This document shows positions 23,391 through 35,618 of a stretch of 64,000 nt of DNA, in pieces. Location of the stretch: assembly GCA_963702425.1 (NCBI GenBank), contig CAVPCQ010000017.1, positions 160,001 to 224,000 of the forward strand, written 5' to 3'. Made by a program: the position numbers and the translations under genes. Source of the stretch: an uncultured Acidobacteriota bacterium. GTDB taxonomy: Bacteria; Acidobacteriota; Polarisedimenticolia; J045. The notes below the pieces were generated by a model. The model saw only the letters and a program-made list of their open reading frames with translations, searched no databases and had not been told where the DNA came from. The first letter of the stretch is position 1; every line of letters begins with the position of its first letter.

Positions 23391-26300
23391 ATGCCATCCA
23401 GGCTGCTCTCGACTTGGGTTCTCTGTGCCTCATCGCTCCTCCTGGTGCCTGCACCGGCATCGGCGTCGGAGGCCCCGCGCGTCACGAGCACCGCGGACGA
23501 GCTGACCGTCCGCGCCTCGTTCCCCGAGCCGGAGTTCGTCGCCGTCGAGAACGGGTTCGTGCCGGTGATCGGCGAGTGGTCGTCGCTCGCGGACGCGCCG
23601 GGGCTGCCGCGCCTGCCGGTCGTCCATTTCTTTCTCGTGCTCCCGCCGGGTATGGAGCCCGGGGCGCCGCGCGCACTCGGGCGGCCGCGCGAGCTTGCCG
23701 AGACCCACGCGATCGCCTGGGGCCAACCGCCGGAGCGGCTCTCCCGGCCCGCGAGTCTCCGCGCCGACAAGAACCCCGCGGTCTACGGACGGGACGATCT
23801 CTACCCCGTCGTCCCGGCGCGGCTCGTCGGCGTCGGTCTTTTCCGCGGCTACCGCGTCGCGACGATCGCCGTGACGCCGCTCCAGGTGCGGCCCGCGAGC
23901 GGCCGGGCCGTCCTCTGGTCGGACGTGGAGCTGCGCCTGCCGCTGCGCCGCGCCCCGAACTCGCACACCGCGGCCGCGCCGCGCGGCCTCCCCCGCGACG
24001 TCGCCGCGCTGGCGCGGTTCACGGCCAACCCGGAAGCGGCCTACATGGCCGGCGCCCCGGAAAAGGACCGCGACGCCGACATCCCGTACCTGATCATCAC
24101 CACCGAGGCCCTGCGGCCGGCCTTCGAGCGGCTGCTCACCCTGCGCGCCTCGCAGGGGATCGCCGGCGAGATCCGCACGGTGGGGTCGATCCTGGCCGAG
24201 GAGCCGGGACGCGACAACCCGGAGAAGGTCCGCAACGCGATCGCCCGCGCCTACCGCGACCACGGCACGACCTTCGTCCTGCTCGGCGGCGACGACGCGC
24301 AGGACGACGGCACGCCGATCGTGCCGGCGCGCCACTGCGCGCCCTACGACGACATGGCCTCGGACTGGTACTACGGCGCCCTCGACGGCGACTTCGACAC
24401 GAACGCCAACGGCACCTTCTGCGAGGGCGAGGAGGTCGACTACTTCGCGGAGGTCCACGTCGGCCGGGCGACGGTCGACACGCTCGAGGAGGCGAACCGC
24501 TGGATCGACAAGGTCGTCGCCTTCCAGGACGGCCTGCCCGAGGAGCGGCGCCTCGACCTGGTCTTCATGGGCGAGAAGCTCGACGACTCGACCTACTCGG
24601 ACATTCACATGGACCGTACCGCGGCGCTGGTGCCTCCCGAGTACGGGATCGACAGGCTCTACGCCAAACCGGAGACGTTCACTGCCGCGAACGTGATCGC
24701 TGCGCTCAACCGCGGCCCGCAGCTGACGGACCACCTCGGCCACGCCGGCTGGGACTACACGATGGGGATCGGGATCGGCGACGTCGAGAGCCTCGTCAAC
24801 GAATCGCCCTTCTTTTCCTACAGCCAGGGCTGCTACGCCGGCGCCTTCGACCACGGCGTCTCCGGCGCCACGGAGGCGATCTCCGAGCACTTCATCACGA
24901 CCCGCCACGGCGCCGTCGCCGACGTCATGAACGACCGCTACGGCTGGTACTACGTCGGCTGGGACCAGGGGCTCTCGCAGGACCTCGCCCACCAGTTCCA
25001 TGACGCGCTCTTCACCGAGGGGCTGACGACGCTCGGCGAGGCCAACGACGATGCCCGCGCCGACAACGCCGGCACGGCGCAGAGCGACGGCACGATGCGC
25101 TACTGCTTCCTCGAGACCAACCTTCACGGCGACCCCTTGACCCGCGTGCAGACGCGCCGCACGGCGCTGCGTGTCGCGTCGGTGCGGATCGACGACGCCG
25201 ACACCGCCTACGCCAACGGCAACGCGGCGGCGGATCCGGGCGAGACGGTGCGGCTCTTCGTCACGCTGGCGAACGACGGCCCGATCGACGCCCGCGGCGT
25301 CTCGGGGCTGCTCACGTCCAGCGCCTCGGGCGTCGCCGTCCGCGACGGCTGGGCCGCGTTCCCCGACGTGCCGACCGGCAGCAGCGTCGAGATGGCACCG
25401 CTCCCGTTCACGGCCTCGCTCTCCGCCGCCTGCGGCGCGGAGCCGGGCTTCCGCCTCGAGGTCCTCCACGACGACGGCGTCGACGACGTCCTGACCTTCG
25501 CGATCGTCGTCGGCCGGCGCTCCGACATCGTGGTCCGCTCGTACGACTTCGAGGCCGGGACCGGCGGCTGGACGCCGGGGGGCGACGCGACCCAGGGGCT
25601 GTTCGTCCGCGAGGATCCCAACGCTGTGACCGACGGCTGGGTCGGTCCGGTCCAGCCGGATGACGACTGCACCGACGGGAGCGGCACCAAGTCCTGGATC
25701 ACCGGGAATCCGTCGCTCCCTCCCGGCGCCGACCCCCACCTGGGCGACGTCAAGAAGGGGACCGCCTACATCACCTCGCCGTCCCTGGACGGCAGCGGCG
25801 AGGGCCGGCTGATGCTGCGCTTCGGCCGGTACTTCCACCGTACCAACGTCGGCACGGGCAACACCGGGTTGTTCCTCGCGCGGGTCAGTACCGACGGCGG
25901 CACGAACTGGACCGAGCTCGACCGCCTCGAGGGAAATGTCCCGCGCTGGACGATGCGGACGATCGACGTCTCGGCCAAGGTCGCTCCGAGCACCACGATG
26001 CGGGTCCGGTTCGAGGCCACGGAAAAGGTGAAGTACGTGCAGGGGAACGAGCCGCTCATCGAGCTGTTGATCGACGACGTGAAGCTCTTCCGCCGCGTCG
26101 AGACCTGCGCCGGCTTCACCGCGACCGAAACGATGCCGCCGGCCCGGGTCGAGCGGCACGCTGACTCGCGGTGCGCGCCGGACGCGACGTCGAGCTGCGG
26201 TGGCTCGCGCCCGGCGCCGACGCGACCCATGGCCCCGCGCGCTTCTACCCGGTCCACCGCTCGTCCGACCCGCACCGGGGATTCGCGGCGCTCGGCGAGC

Positions 26301-26416
26301 CGACGGCGACGCTCTTCCGCGACGTCGACGCCGCCGGGCCATGGAGCGGGACGCTGTACTACCTGGTCACGGCGAGGAACGCGGCCGGGACGTCCGGGGA
26401 CGAGCCGGCGCCGTAG
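23391..26416 (+). CDS. Secreted C25 (gingipain-like) cysteine peptidase; frameshift(s) near 26150-26170
   Basis: Signal peptide, propeptide (PGLPRLP), YLIIT, VLLGGD, SDWYY, VHVGR, HLGHAG and SQGCYAG catalytic His/Cys, NLHGDP; true C-terminus in the 26171..26416 frame. Confidence 0.85.
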
Positions 26417-26426
26417 CCGCCGAGGC

Positions 26427-27918
26427 TCAGGCCGGCGGGGTGCGCAACGCGGCGCGCTCCGCCCGGCCCGCTTCCGCGTCGCGCGCGAGGCGCTCGATCA
26501 TCCGGTCGAAGATGAACGCGTGGAACGGGTACGCCCCGTACCAGTAGAGCAGGCCGAACAGCCCCTTGGCGTCGAAGAAGGCGGTCTGCGTCAGGAGCGT
26601 CCGCCCGTCCGGCTGCGGCCGTGCCACGAACTGCAGCCAGGCCCGGCCCGGGACCTTCATCTCAGCCCGGAGCCGCAGCAGCGAGCCCGGTTCGAGCGCC
26701 TCGACGCGCCAGAAATCGAGCGCGTCCCCGACCCGCAGGTCGTGCGGATCGCGCCGGCCGCGCCGCATCCCCACCCCGCCGGCCAGTCGGTCGAACGCGC
26801 CGCGGAGCTGCCAGGCCCAGTCCATCGCCAGCCAGCCGCGCTCGCCGCCGAGCGAGACGAACTCGCGAAAGACCGCGGCCGGCGGCGCGTTCACGACGCG
26901 CTGCCGGCGCTCGATGTGCATCCCCTCGCGCTCGGTCAGCACGGCCGGCGGCGCATCCCCCTGCGTCGTGACCAGCGCGTCGTCCCACATCGTTTCGACC
27001 TCGCCGGCCTCGACGCGGTCGAGCGCGAGCTGCACCGCGGTGCGGTAGTCGAGCGGAACGATCTCCGGGAACAGGCGCCGCGCGGCGTCGTCGCGCACCA
27101 CGACCTCGTTGCGCAGCCCTTCGATCAGCGGCTGCGCGATCAGCGCCGGGATCGGCGTCACGAGGTGGACCCAGTAGGACGACAGGCGCGGCGTGAGCAC
27201 CGGGACCGGGATCAGCCGGCGCGACAGGCCGCGCACCGCGGCATAGCCGGTCATCATCTCGCCGTAGGTCACGACGTCGGCCCCGCCGATCTCGAGCACG
27301 CGGCCCGCGCTCTCGGGGTGATCCAGCGCGGCGACGAGGTAGTCGAGGACGTTGCGGATCGCGATCGGCTGGATCTGGGTGTAGACCCAGCGCGGGCAGA
27401 TCATCACCGGCAGGCGCTCGGCCAGGTAGCGGATCAGCTCGAAGGAGAGGCTGCCCGGAGCCGACGATCACCGCGGCCCGGAACTCCGTGACCGGGACGC
27501 CGGCCTCGCGCAACGCATCCCCCGTCCCCTGCCGCGAGCGCAGGTGCTCGGACAGCTCGGCCGCCGGGTCGCCGAGCCCACCGAGGTAGAGGATCCGGCC
27601 GACTCCTTCGTCGCGCGCGGCCTCGGCGAAGTGCCGCGCCGCCGCGGTGTCGCGCTCCGAATAGCCGCCTCCGGCCGCGAGGCTGTGGACGAGGTAGTAC
27701 GCCGCGTCGGTCCCGCGCAGCGCCGCCGGCAGCGTCTCGGGGCGCAGCACGTCGCCGGTGACGACCTCGACGCGATCGAGCCACGACCGCCCCTGCAGCC
27801 GCGACGGGTCGCGCACCAGCACGCGTACGCGGTGACCCGCGTCGAGCAGCCGGGGCACGAGACGGCCGCCGACGTAGCCGGTGGCGCCGGTGACCAGGAC
27901 GGAGAGGGGGCGGGGCAT
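26427..27918 (-). CDS. NAD(P)-binding SDR/epimerase with a DUF2867 domain (YbjT-like); frameshift near 27450
   Basis: VTGATGYVG; RAAVIVGSG shifts to SLSFELIRYLAE; LDFWRVE, LRAEMKVPG. Confidence 0.88.
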
Positions 27919-27976
27919 CGGACGCATTATGCCGGGCCGAGACGGCGGCCTGGCCCGGCAGGGCGCAGGAGAAGCG

Positions 27977-30618
27977 CTACCGGAGTCGCTCCTGCCATCC
28001 GATCCGGATGACGTACTGGTCCCGGGTGCCGCGCGCGCGGCGCAGCACGAGCACGCGGCCATCCGCCGCGACGTCGTAGCTGACGAGGTCCTCCGCCTCG
28101 ATCGCCGACGCGCGGTCGGGCGCGGAGGGCACGATCCGGCCCGCCTCGACCCGCAGCGGGACGCGCAGGATGTGCCCGTCGGGCGCGGCGAAGAGAATCG
28201 AGCGGCCGTCGGGATCCCAGCGCGGCGCCGAACCGCCGTTCACCGAGACCTGGATGATCGCCGCTCCACCGACGTCGCGGAGGAAGACCTCGAGCGTTCC
28301 GGAGCGGCTGGACTCGTACGCGATCCAGCGGCCGTCGGGAGACGGCCGGGCGCCGTCCTCCCAATCCGCGCTCGCCAGCCACGGCGTTCGCGTATCGGGG
28401 GCGTCCAACGGCACGCTCCAGATGTCGCTGCTGGACTCGGCAGTCGTCCGGCGCGCGTACAGCGTGCGCCCGTCGGGCGAGACCGCGCTCGCCGCCCAGT
28501 CGTGCCCGATCTCCTTGAGTACCAGCCGCGGCTCGGCGGATCCATCGGCAGCGACCCGGAAGAGGGAGTAGGGGCCGGGGGCGTCCGATTCGTAGACCAC
28601 CTCCGAACCGTCGGGGAACCAGCAGCCGGCATCCTCGTCGCCGGCGGTGTTCGTCAACCGGGTCCTGATCGTGCGCGCGAGGTCGAGGACCCACAGGTCG
28701 TCCGCGCCGCGCGTCGCGTCCCGCTTCGACAGCAGGACCCGTCCGCCGTCCGGCGAGAGCCTGACCTCCGAGACGTTCTCGTCCTCGAACGCCGGGCCCG
28801 CGCGCTCGCCCCGTGCGTCGAACCACTCTCCGATGACCCGGACCCGCGGAGGCGTCGCCCGGACGAGCGTGTCGCCGACGACGGTCGCGGACGCCGCGGC
28901 CCATGTCTCGCTGTACCACGCGTTCTCGATCGCGGTGCGCCGCGGCCCGGAGACGCTGCCGGCCTCGGGGTCGAAGCGCTGCGCGAACACGACGCCGTGC
29001 TGCACGAAGAGGAGCCAGGGCGACGCGTACCCGATGAGGGCGTCCGCCTCCATCACGACCTTGCGCGGACCGCCGTCGAGCGACGCCATCTCGATCCGGT
29101 TCGACTCCTCCGCGATGGTCCGCGACAGGAAGAGGAAGCGCCGGCCATCCGGAAGGAACACGGGCCAGACGTGGCCCGACTCGCCACGGCTCGCGTCGAG
29201 GGTCGTGACGGCTTCGGGGCGGCCGCCGGTGGCGTCGACGCGCTTCAGCCCCTCGTTGAAGGCGGACGAGAAGAGGATCGTCCCCTGCCGGCTCCAGGTC
29301 CCCCCGACCCCGTAGGATGCGTCGCAGAGCGCCCGCGCCGACCCGCCGGCCGCGAACACGGCCATCAGCCGCGAGCCGGTGAAGTAGGCGATCTCGCGGC
29401 CGTCCGGGCTCCAGAACGGAAGCCGGGGGCGCACCGCGCCCTCGACGCGACGCGGCTCGGCATCGTCGAGGCGTCGCACCCAGAGCTGCCCGACTTCGCC
29501 GCCTTCTTCCATGTCGACGTAGGCGACCGACTCCTGGTCCGGGGAAACCGCCGCCGGGTTGGCGTATCCCGGCGCAGCGCCTCGAAGCGGCACCACGATC
29601 TCGGTGACGCGGGCCGGGGGCTCGGGACGGCGCATCCACAGCACGGCGAAGACCGCCGCGAGCACCAGCGCCCCGGCAGCCGCCGCCCAGGCTGCCCGCG
29701 ATGACGAACGCGGCCTGGCCGCGCTCCCGGCGGCCGTTCCCGGCGTGGTAGCGGGCGACGCCGCGATCCCGCGCAGCTCGGCGGCGACATCCTGCGCGCT
29801 CTGGCGGCGCGCCTCGGGGTCCTTCGCCAGGCACTCGCGGACGAGCCGGTCGAGCGCCGGCGGCAGCGCGGGGACGAGCGAGACGGCCGGCGCGGGGTCG
29901 CGCTCGAGGATCGCCGCGATCACGCTGGCCTGGCTGGCGCCCTCGAAGGCGCGCCGGCCGGTCAGCATCTCGTAGAGCACGGCGCCGAAGGCGAAGATGT
30001 CCGCCCGGTGGTCGACCGTTCGGCCCTCGAGCTGCTCGGGGGCCATGTAGTTGAGCGTCCCGACGAGCGCTCCCTTCGCGGTGAGGGGTGCGGTCCTCGT
30101 CTGGATCGCGGTCGGCAGGTGGCCCGGCGCCGCGGCGCCGGGCTCGGCCAGCTTCGCGATGCCGAAGTCGAGCACCTTGGCGCCTGCTCGGGTCAGCATG
30201 ACATTGCCGGGCTTGAGGTCGCGGTGGACGATCCCCGCCCGGTGCGCGACGGCCAGCGCCGAGGCGATCTCCTCCGCGACGCGCAGCGCCTCGTCGATCT
30301 TCAGCGGGCCGCGCTCGATCCGCGCCGCGAGCGTCTCCCCCTCGAGCAGCTCCATCACCAGGAAGTCCGTGCCCCTTCCCGGCCCACGTCGTGCAGCGTG
30401 CAGATGTGCCGGTGGTTGAGCGACGAGACGACCTGGGCCTCGCGCACGAACCGCTCGCGCGAGCCGGTCGATCCGGCGACCTCTGGCGGGAGGATCTTGA
30501 CCGCGACCTCGCGCCCGAGGCGAGTGTCGCGGGCCCGGTAGACCTCGCCCATGCCGCCGGCACCCAGGGGACCGAGGATCTCGTAGGGACCGAGGCGCGC
30601 ACCGGGGTCGAGGGCCAT
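27977..30618 (-). CDS. Ser/Thr kinase with a TM helix and TolB/PD40-like beta-propeller; frameshift near 30370
   Basis: LGAGGMGEVY, VAVK (30355..30618 frame); HRDLKPGN, DFG, YMAPE; repeated SPDG motifs. Confidence 0.9.
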
Positions 30619-30679
30619 CCGCGGATTATAGGGAGTCCCGGGGTCGGGCGAGCGAGTCGCGGTGCCCGGCGCGCGCGGC

Positions 30680-32575
30680 TTAGAGCGCGGGCTCGGCGAC
30701 CTCGATCAGGGGCGCGCCCTCCGCGCAGCGCCAGTGCCCCGGCGCGAGCGGCTCGAGCGGCTCGACGACGACCCAGCGGCAGCGCGGCGGCGGCGCGAGC
30801 CTCCCGCTCGACGGAGCCAGGACGCGGACACGCGCGGGCACGCTGCGCGCGGCGGTCTCGTCGATGCAGCGCCCCTCGGCCGCGGCGGACGTGCGGGCCT
30901 CGCCGCACTCGAGGCCGAGCAGGCGCGGGGACTCTCCGACGCGGAAGGAGGTGCGGCCCGGTCGGGGTCGGGACAGCCGACCCCCTCGAGCCGCGCCTCG
31001 CGACCGGCGACCATCCACCAGCCGCCGTGCTCCGCGGCGGCGAGGTCGGGGATCGTCACGCGGCGGCGCCGAACCGCCCCCTGCTTGCTCGCGGGGTCGT
31101 CGACGATCACGGAGAGGTTGTTCTCGCCGGGAGCGACGCGCAGCGGGACCGCGAGGGTCTTGCCGCCGGCGCCGGCGGCGAGCGGCGCGAGTTGCTCGCC
31201 GCGCAGACGGACCTCGCGCGACGCGGCCTTGCGCCCCTCGCGCCACGCGACGACATCGACGACCAGCTCGTCGGGCGGTTCGACGGTCGCGGCACCCGAC
31301 GGACGCTCGATGCGGACGATGGCCAGCGCGTCCCACTCCTGGCCGTTGGCCGGGCGCAGGGGCCAGATCCCGACGTCGGCCAGGTAGCCCTGGCTGAGCT
31401 CCGACATCAGGAACATCGCCTCGCGCGTCACCTGGCCCGTGGGCCGGCGGCCCTGGTCGGCGAAGGTCGTCGGCGCGCGGAGGTCGAACTCCGCGGTGCG
31501 CCTCGTCGACAGGCTGATGCTGTGACCCAGCCGACCCCGCCGGCCGACCTTCGGCTTGAAGGAGAGCAGGAAGCGGCAACCCGCCACGCGCCGCAACTCG
31601 TTCACCACACCGGTCGCTCCTTGGCCCTTGGAGAAGCGCCGCCCACCGAGGTTGGCCGCCAGCGGCCCGACGAACTCGTGGAAGCAGCACCGCACATTCA
31701 TTGGCCATCCAATCGGAGTCAGCGAACAGCTCATGAGGTCGACCGTGTGGAGGACGACGTCGTTCTCCTGGGCCACGCTGGCGAGCTCGCGAATCTCCTC
31801 GGCGGAGTCGGCTCCGAGCTGGAAGTGGCAGGTCGGGAAGATCACTTCCTTGGGGCCGTCGAGCTGCCCGAGCGCCCGGAAGAAGCTGATCATCCCGGGG
31901 TACCAGTTGTCGACGTGCGCGGCAGACTGCTCCCACGTCACCCAGCGCATCGCCTTTTCGAGCTCGTCGAGCCGGGTGAATGCCGCTGTCGGGTCGTCGA
32001 GCCAGCCGGTCTCGGCCTGCGGCCAGAAGGCCATCGTCGCGATCAGCACCCGGTCGCCGGCCTGGAACGACTCACGCAGCATCTGTCGCGCCGTCTCGTA
32101 GGCGGCGTGCCGCAGGATGGGGGCCCCGCCGGGCGGAGGACCCCGTCGCAGCAGGAAATGCGCAGCGCGCAGGCCGGGCAGCTGTGATGGAACTCGTCGA
32201 TCAGGATCACGAGCGACAGCCGCGGCGCGCGTGCGGGCGCTGGCTCGGCGGCCGCCGGGCAGGCTCGACCGGGACCTCCACCGCCGTCTCGCCGTAAGGG
32301 AGCAGCGACAGGATCGGCGTCGGCTTGCCGTCGACGTCGAGCGCGAAGTCCTCCCGGGTGAGCGTCGCGCAGCGCGTCGCGTCCCCGTCCTTCGGCCACG
32401 CGGTGACGAGAACCTGGACCTCGTGGACCTCGACAAGCTCGACGACGCCGCTCTGGGGGCGCGGGGACTGGGTCGGAGCCGGTGCCTCGACCGGCCCCGC
32501 GTGGGACCATCGCGCCGCGGCGAGGACCAGCGACGCCACGGCGCACGCGACGCCAGGCCGGGGGGCTGGGCGCAC
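30680..32575 (-). CDS. Secreted VWA-like hypothetical protein; several frameshifts
   Basis: GTG start after GAAGGAGGAG; signal peptide; LTREDFALDVDGKP, LVILIDEFH, LGQLDGPKEVIF, VVLHTVDL; reconstructed across frames. Confidence 0.6.
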
Positions 32576-32604
32576 GGAATCTCCTCCTTCGGCCGGCGTG
32601 CGGG

Positions 32605-33553
32605 CTACTTCGGAAGCGGCGGCGGCGCCGAGGTTCTTCCCCGTCGCGTCGATCCCGATCCGCACCTTCGCCGGCAGCTCCTCGTACGTCGCGGGGGCGA
32701 ACGTCCACGCGCGCACCTTCTTCGCGACGCCCGCTGCGCCCTCCGTCACCGGGTCGGCGAAACGCACGTCGATCACGCGCCCCGTTTCGTCCAGCGCCAG
32801 GTCGAGGCGCACGCCCGCCGGTCCCGCCGCGGCGAGCGGGGCCCGCGGCGCCGGCGCGGTCCACTTCGGGTCGGCGGGATCGAACGGCTTCGGCTTGTCG
32901 GGACCGGTCAGCAACTCGCCCGAGCCCTCGCCCGCCTCGCGGGACAGCACCCGCTCCGGCACCGCGCGCCGCGCCAGCGTCACCTTGACCGGCACCGGCG
33001 CGAGCGGGTTGTCATTCAGGTCCCGCGGCAGGTCCGCGATCTTCTTCGCGACGTCGAGCCCGCTGATCACCTCGCCGAAGATCGTGTACTTGCCGTCCAA
33101 CCGCGGCAGGTTCTCCAGCGCGATGAAGAACTGGCACGAGCCGCTGTCGGGATCGGTGTCGCGCGCCATCCCGACCGTGCCCGGCCGGTAGTGCAGCGTC
33201 GCGCTGAACTCCGCTTGTGAGCCGGCGGTCCCCTTCGCCGTCGCCGTCGTCGGCGCGGGTGGCGTTCTTCGAGTTCGGATCGCCCCCCTGGACGACGAAG
33301 TGCGGGATCACGCGGTGGAAGGTCGTTCCGTCGTAGAAGCCGCGCCCGATCAGCTCCTTGACGTAGGCGACGTGCCGGGGGCCGCGTCCGGCAGGAAGCG
33401 CCAGACGATCTCGCCCTGCGGGGTGCCGACGACGGCGACCTCCTCCTCGGCCGAGGCGGCGGCAGCGTCCGCAGGAGCCTCGACTGCGGCTCCGGCTGTC
33501 GCAAGAGCGATGGCGGCCGCGAGGATCGCGCGGCGTCCCGGGTTGCGGATCAT
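32605..33553 (-). CDS. Secreted cyclophilin-type PPIase with a TonB-C-like tail; frameshifts
   Basis: [29 protein letters not shown]...[19 protein letters not shown]; tail DETGRVIDV...VRAWTFAPA. Confidence 0.85.
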
Positions 33554-33731
33554 GTGTCGCGGCGCTCCCGGCCCCGCGAAGGGACCGATCGACAGACTAG
33601 CACCGGGACGGCCCGCCACCCCGCCCCCGCCCCCGCTCCTCCCGCCGCCGGCCCCCGCTCCCGGGCTGCCCCGGGACGGGCTGGATTTGTCCTGTTTCGG
33701 AGTATATTCTATCCGTAATCGGAGAAACGCC

Positions 33732-34171
33732 ATGGGTACCCGGCCGCTCGCCTACCCCGCCAGCCGCTTCGAGCCCACCCGCTCGTCGACCTGTCCTCCC
33801 GCGAGGAGCGCGAGCGGCTCTCCCGTTCGGCATTGCGCGGCTTCTTCCGCCTGGCCGACCGCTGGAAGCTGCGCGACGAGGACGCCCGCGCCCTGCTCGG
33901 CGGCGTCTCGAGCAGCACCTACTACGAGTGGAAGAAGCGCCCCGAGCGACTGCTCGACGTCGACCGGATCACGCGCATCTCGTACCTCGTCGGGATCTAC
34001 AAGGCGCTGCACGTGCTCTACGGCGACGCACTGGCCGACGATTGGGTGACGCTCCCCAACAGCAACGTCATCTTCGGCGGCCGGACGCCGCTCGAGAACA
34101 TGACCGCGGGTGGGCTGCTCGCGATGCAGACCGTGCGCCGGCTGCTCGACGCGCGCCGGGGCGGCGTGTGA
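33732..34171 (+). CDS. Xre/MbcA/ParS-type antitoxin; frameshift near 33780
   Basis: LLGGVSSSTYYEWKK HTH, RISYLVGIYKALH, FGGRTPL, VRRLLDARRGG. Confidence 0.88.
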
Positions 34172-34868
34172 AGGGCGGGCTCCGCGCACGACCGCGCTGC
34201 GGCAGTCCGACACCGTGCGCCTCGTCCCTCGCGCTTCGCCGCGCGCGAGGAGTCGGTGCTGGCCAGGATCGCGGAGGACGACGCCCAACTCGCCGACCTG
34301 TTCGCGCTGGAGGCCGCAACGAACGAAGCCTGCGTGCACAGTGCGGCCTGCTGCCGGGGATCGGGTTCGATGAGCTGGTCTTCGGCGTCCCAACTGGCGC
34401 TTGGTGAACGCCGCCTTCGCGCACGCCGCCGGAGGGGAGCCGCTTCAACGGCCCCCAGCGCGGCGCCTGGTACTGCGCCTTCGAGGTCGAGACCGCGCTG
34501 GCCGAGGTCGCCTTCCACAAGGCGGTGGAATACGCGGAGATCGCGCGCTTCGACGACAGCGTCACCTACGAGGAGCTGCGCGCTGACTTCAGCGGCGAGT
34601 TCCACGACCTGCGCGACGACCCCCGCTTCACCCGCTGCCTCGACCCGGCGAGCTACGTCGCCTCGCAGCGGCTGGCGGAGCGGCTGCTCGAGCGCGGCGC
34701 GCTCGGCGTCGTCTACCCGAGTGTGCGCCGGCGGAGCGGGACGAACCTGGCGTGCTTCCGGCCGCGGCGGTCGGGAACGTGCGGCGTGGTGGGGCTTGGC
34801 GACTCACCTGGTCGGGCGGGCCGGAGCCGGCGATCGAGGCGGAGTCCCGCACGAGGCGCCGGAAGTAG
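34168..34868 (+). CDS. RES-domain toxin (NAD+ phosphorylase family); several frameshifts
   Basis: VNAAFAH, SRFNGPQRGAWYCAFEVETALAEVAFH, SYVASQRLA, GVVYPSVR; GTGA overlap with the antitoxin. Confidence 0.82.
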
Positions 34869-34954
34869 GGGCGCTGCGGCGTGCCGGCCGGGTTCGCGTG
34901 GGGGCGAGGTGCCTTCCTGGTGGACACGTAATCCGTGCGCACTATTATGTGTGC

Positions 34955-35198
34955 ATGAACCTCACCCTCTCCCTCGACGGCCGGCTGCTCGAACGCGCAC
35001 GGAAGGTCGCCGCGGCCCGCGGCAAGAGCCTCAACCAGGTGATCCGCGATTACCTCGAGGAGATGACGGGCGGCTCCGATCCCGCGGTGGAGATGAGAGA
35101 GCTGCGCGAGCTGAGCCGCCGCTCCCAGGGGCGCTCGAAGGGCGTCAAGATCGTCCGCGACGAGCCTCCACCAGCGGGGCCCGGGACGGAGGGCATGA
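34955..35198 (+). CDS. Ribbon-helix-helix antitoxin (VapB-like); frameshift near 35165
   Basis: MNLTLSLDGRLLERARKVAAARGKSLNQVIRDYL; directly upstream of the PIN gene. Confidence 0.82.
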
Positions 35199-35609
35199 GA
35201 GAGCGCGCGTTCCTCGACACCAACATCCTCGTCTACACCGACGATCATGACGCTCTCGCAAGCAGGCAGCAGCGCTGGACCTGATCGAGCGCTGCCGGAT
35301 CGCAGGCAGCGGCGTCGTTTCGACGCAGGTCCTGCAGGAGTACTTCGTCGCCGCAACGCGCAAGCTGGGCGTGGCGCTGCCGATCGCGCGTCGCAAGGTC
35401 GAGCTGTTCGCGCGCTTCGAGGTCGTGATCCCGGGGTGGACGACGTGCTCGCAGCGATCGACCTGCAGCGGCTGCACGAGTTGTCGTTCTGGGACGCGCT
35501 GATCGTCCGCGCAGCGTCGACGGCGGGCTGCGGAATCCTCTACACCGAGGACCTGCAGCACGGGCAGCGATTCGACGGCGTCACGGTGGTCGATCCCCTC
35601 CGGGGTTGA
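35195..35609 (+). CDS. vapC: PIN-domain toxin; frameshifts
   Basis: FLDTNILVY, STQVLQEYF, SFWDALI, LYTEDLQHG. Confidence 0.85.
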
Positions 35610-35618
35610 CGCCGCCCC

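Noticed and set aside
32207-33169. Cyclophilin fused to the VWA-like N-terminus
   Set aside because: An out-of-frame TAG at 32605 and a strong RBS with GTG at 32575 indicate two genes joined by an indel
33610-33680. G-run tract on the minus strand as a regulatory G-quadruplex
   Set aside because: Expected by chance in very GC-rich DNA; no other support
26150-35450. Programmed frameshifting or phase variation
   Set aside because: The indels hit unrelated genes at non-repeat sites; sequencing error is simpler
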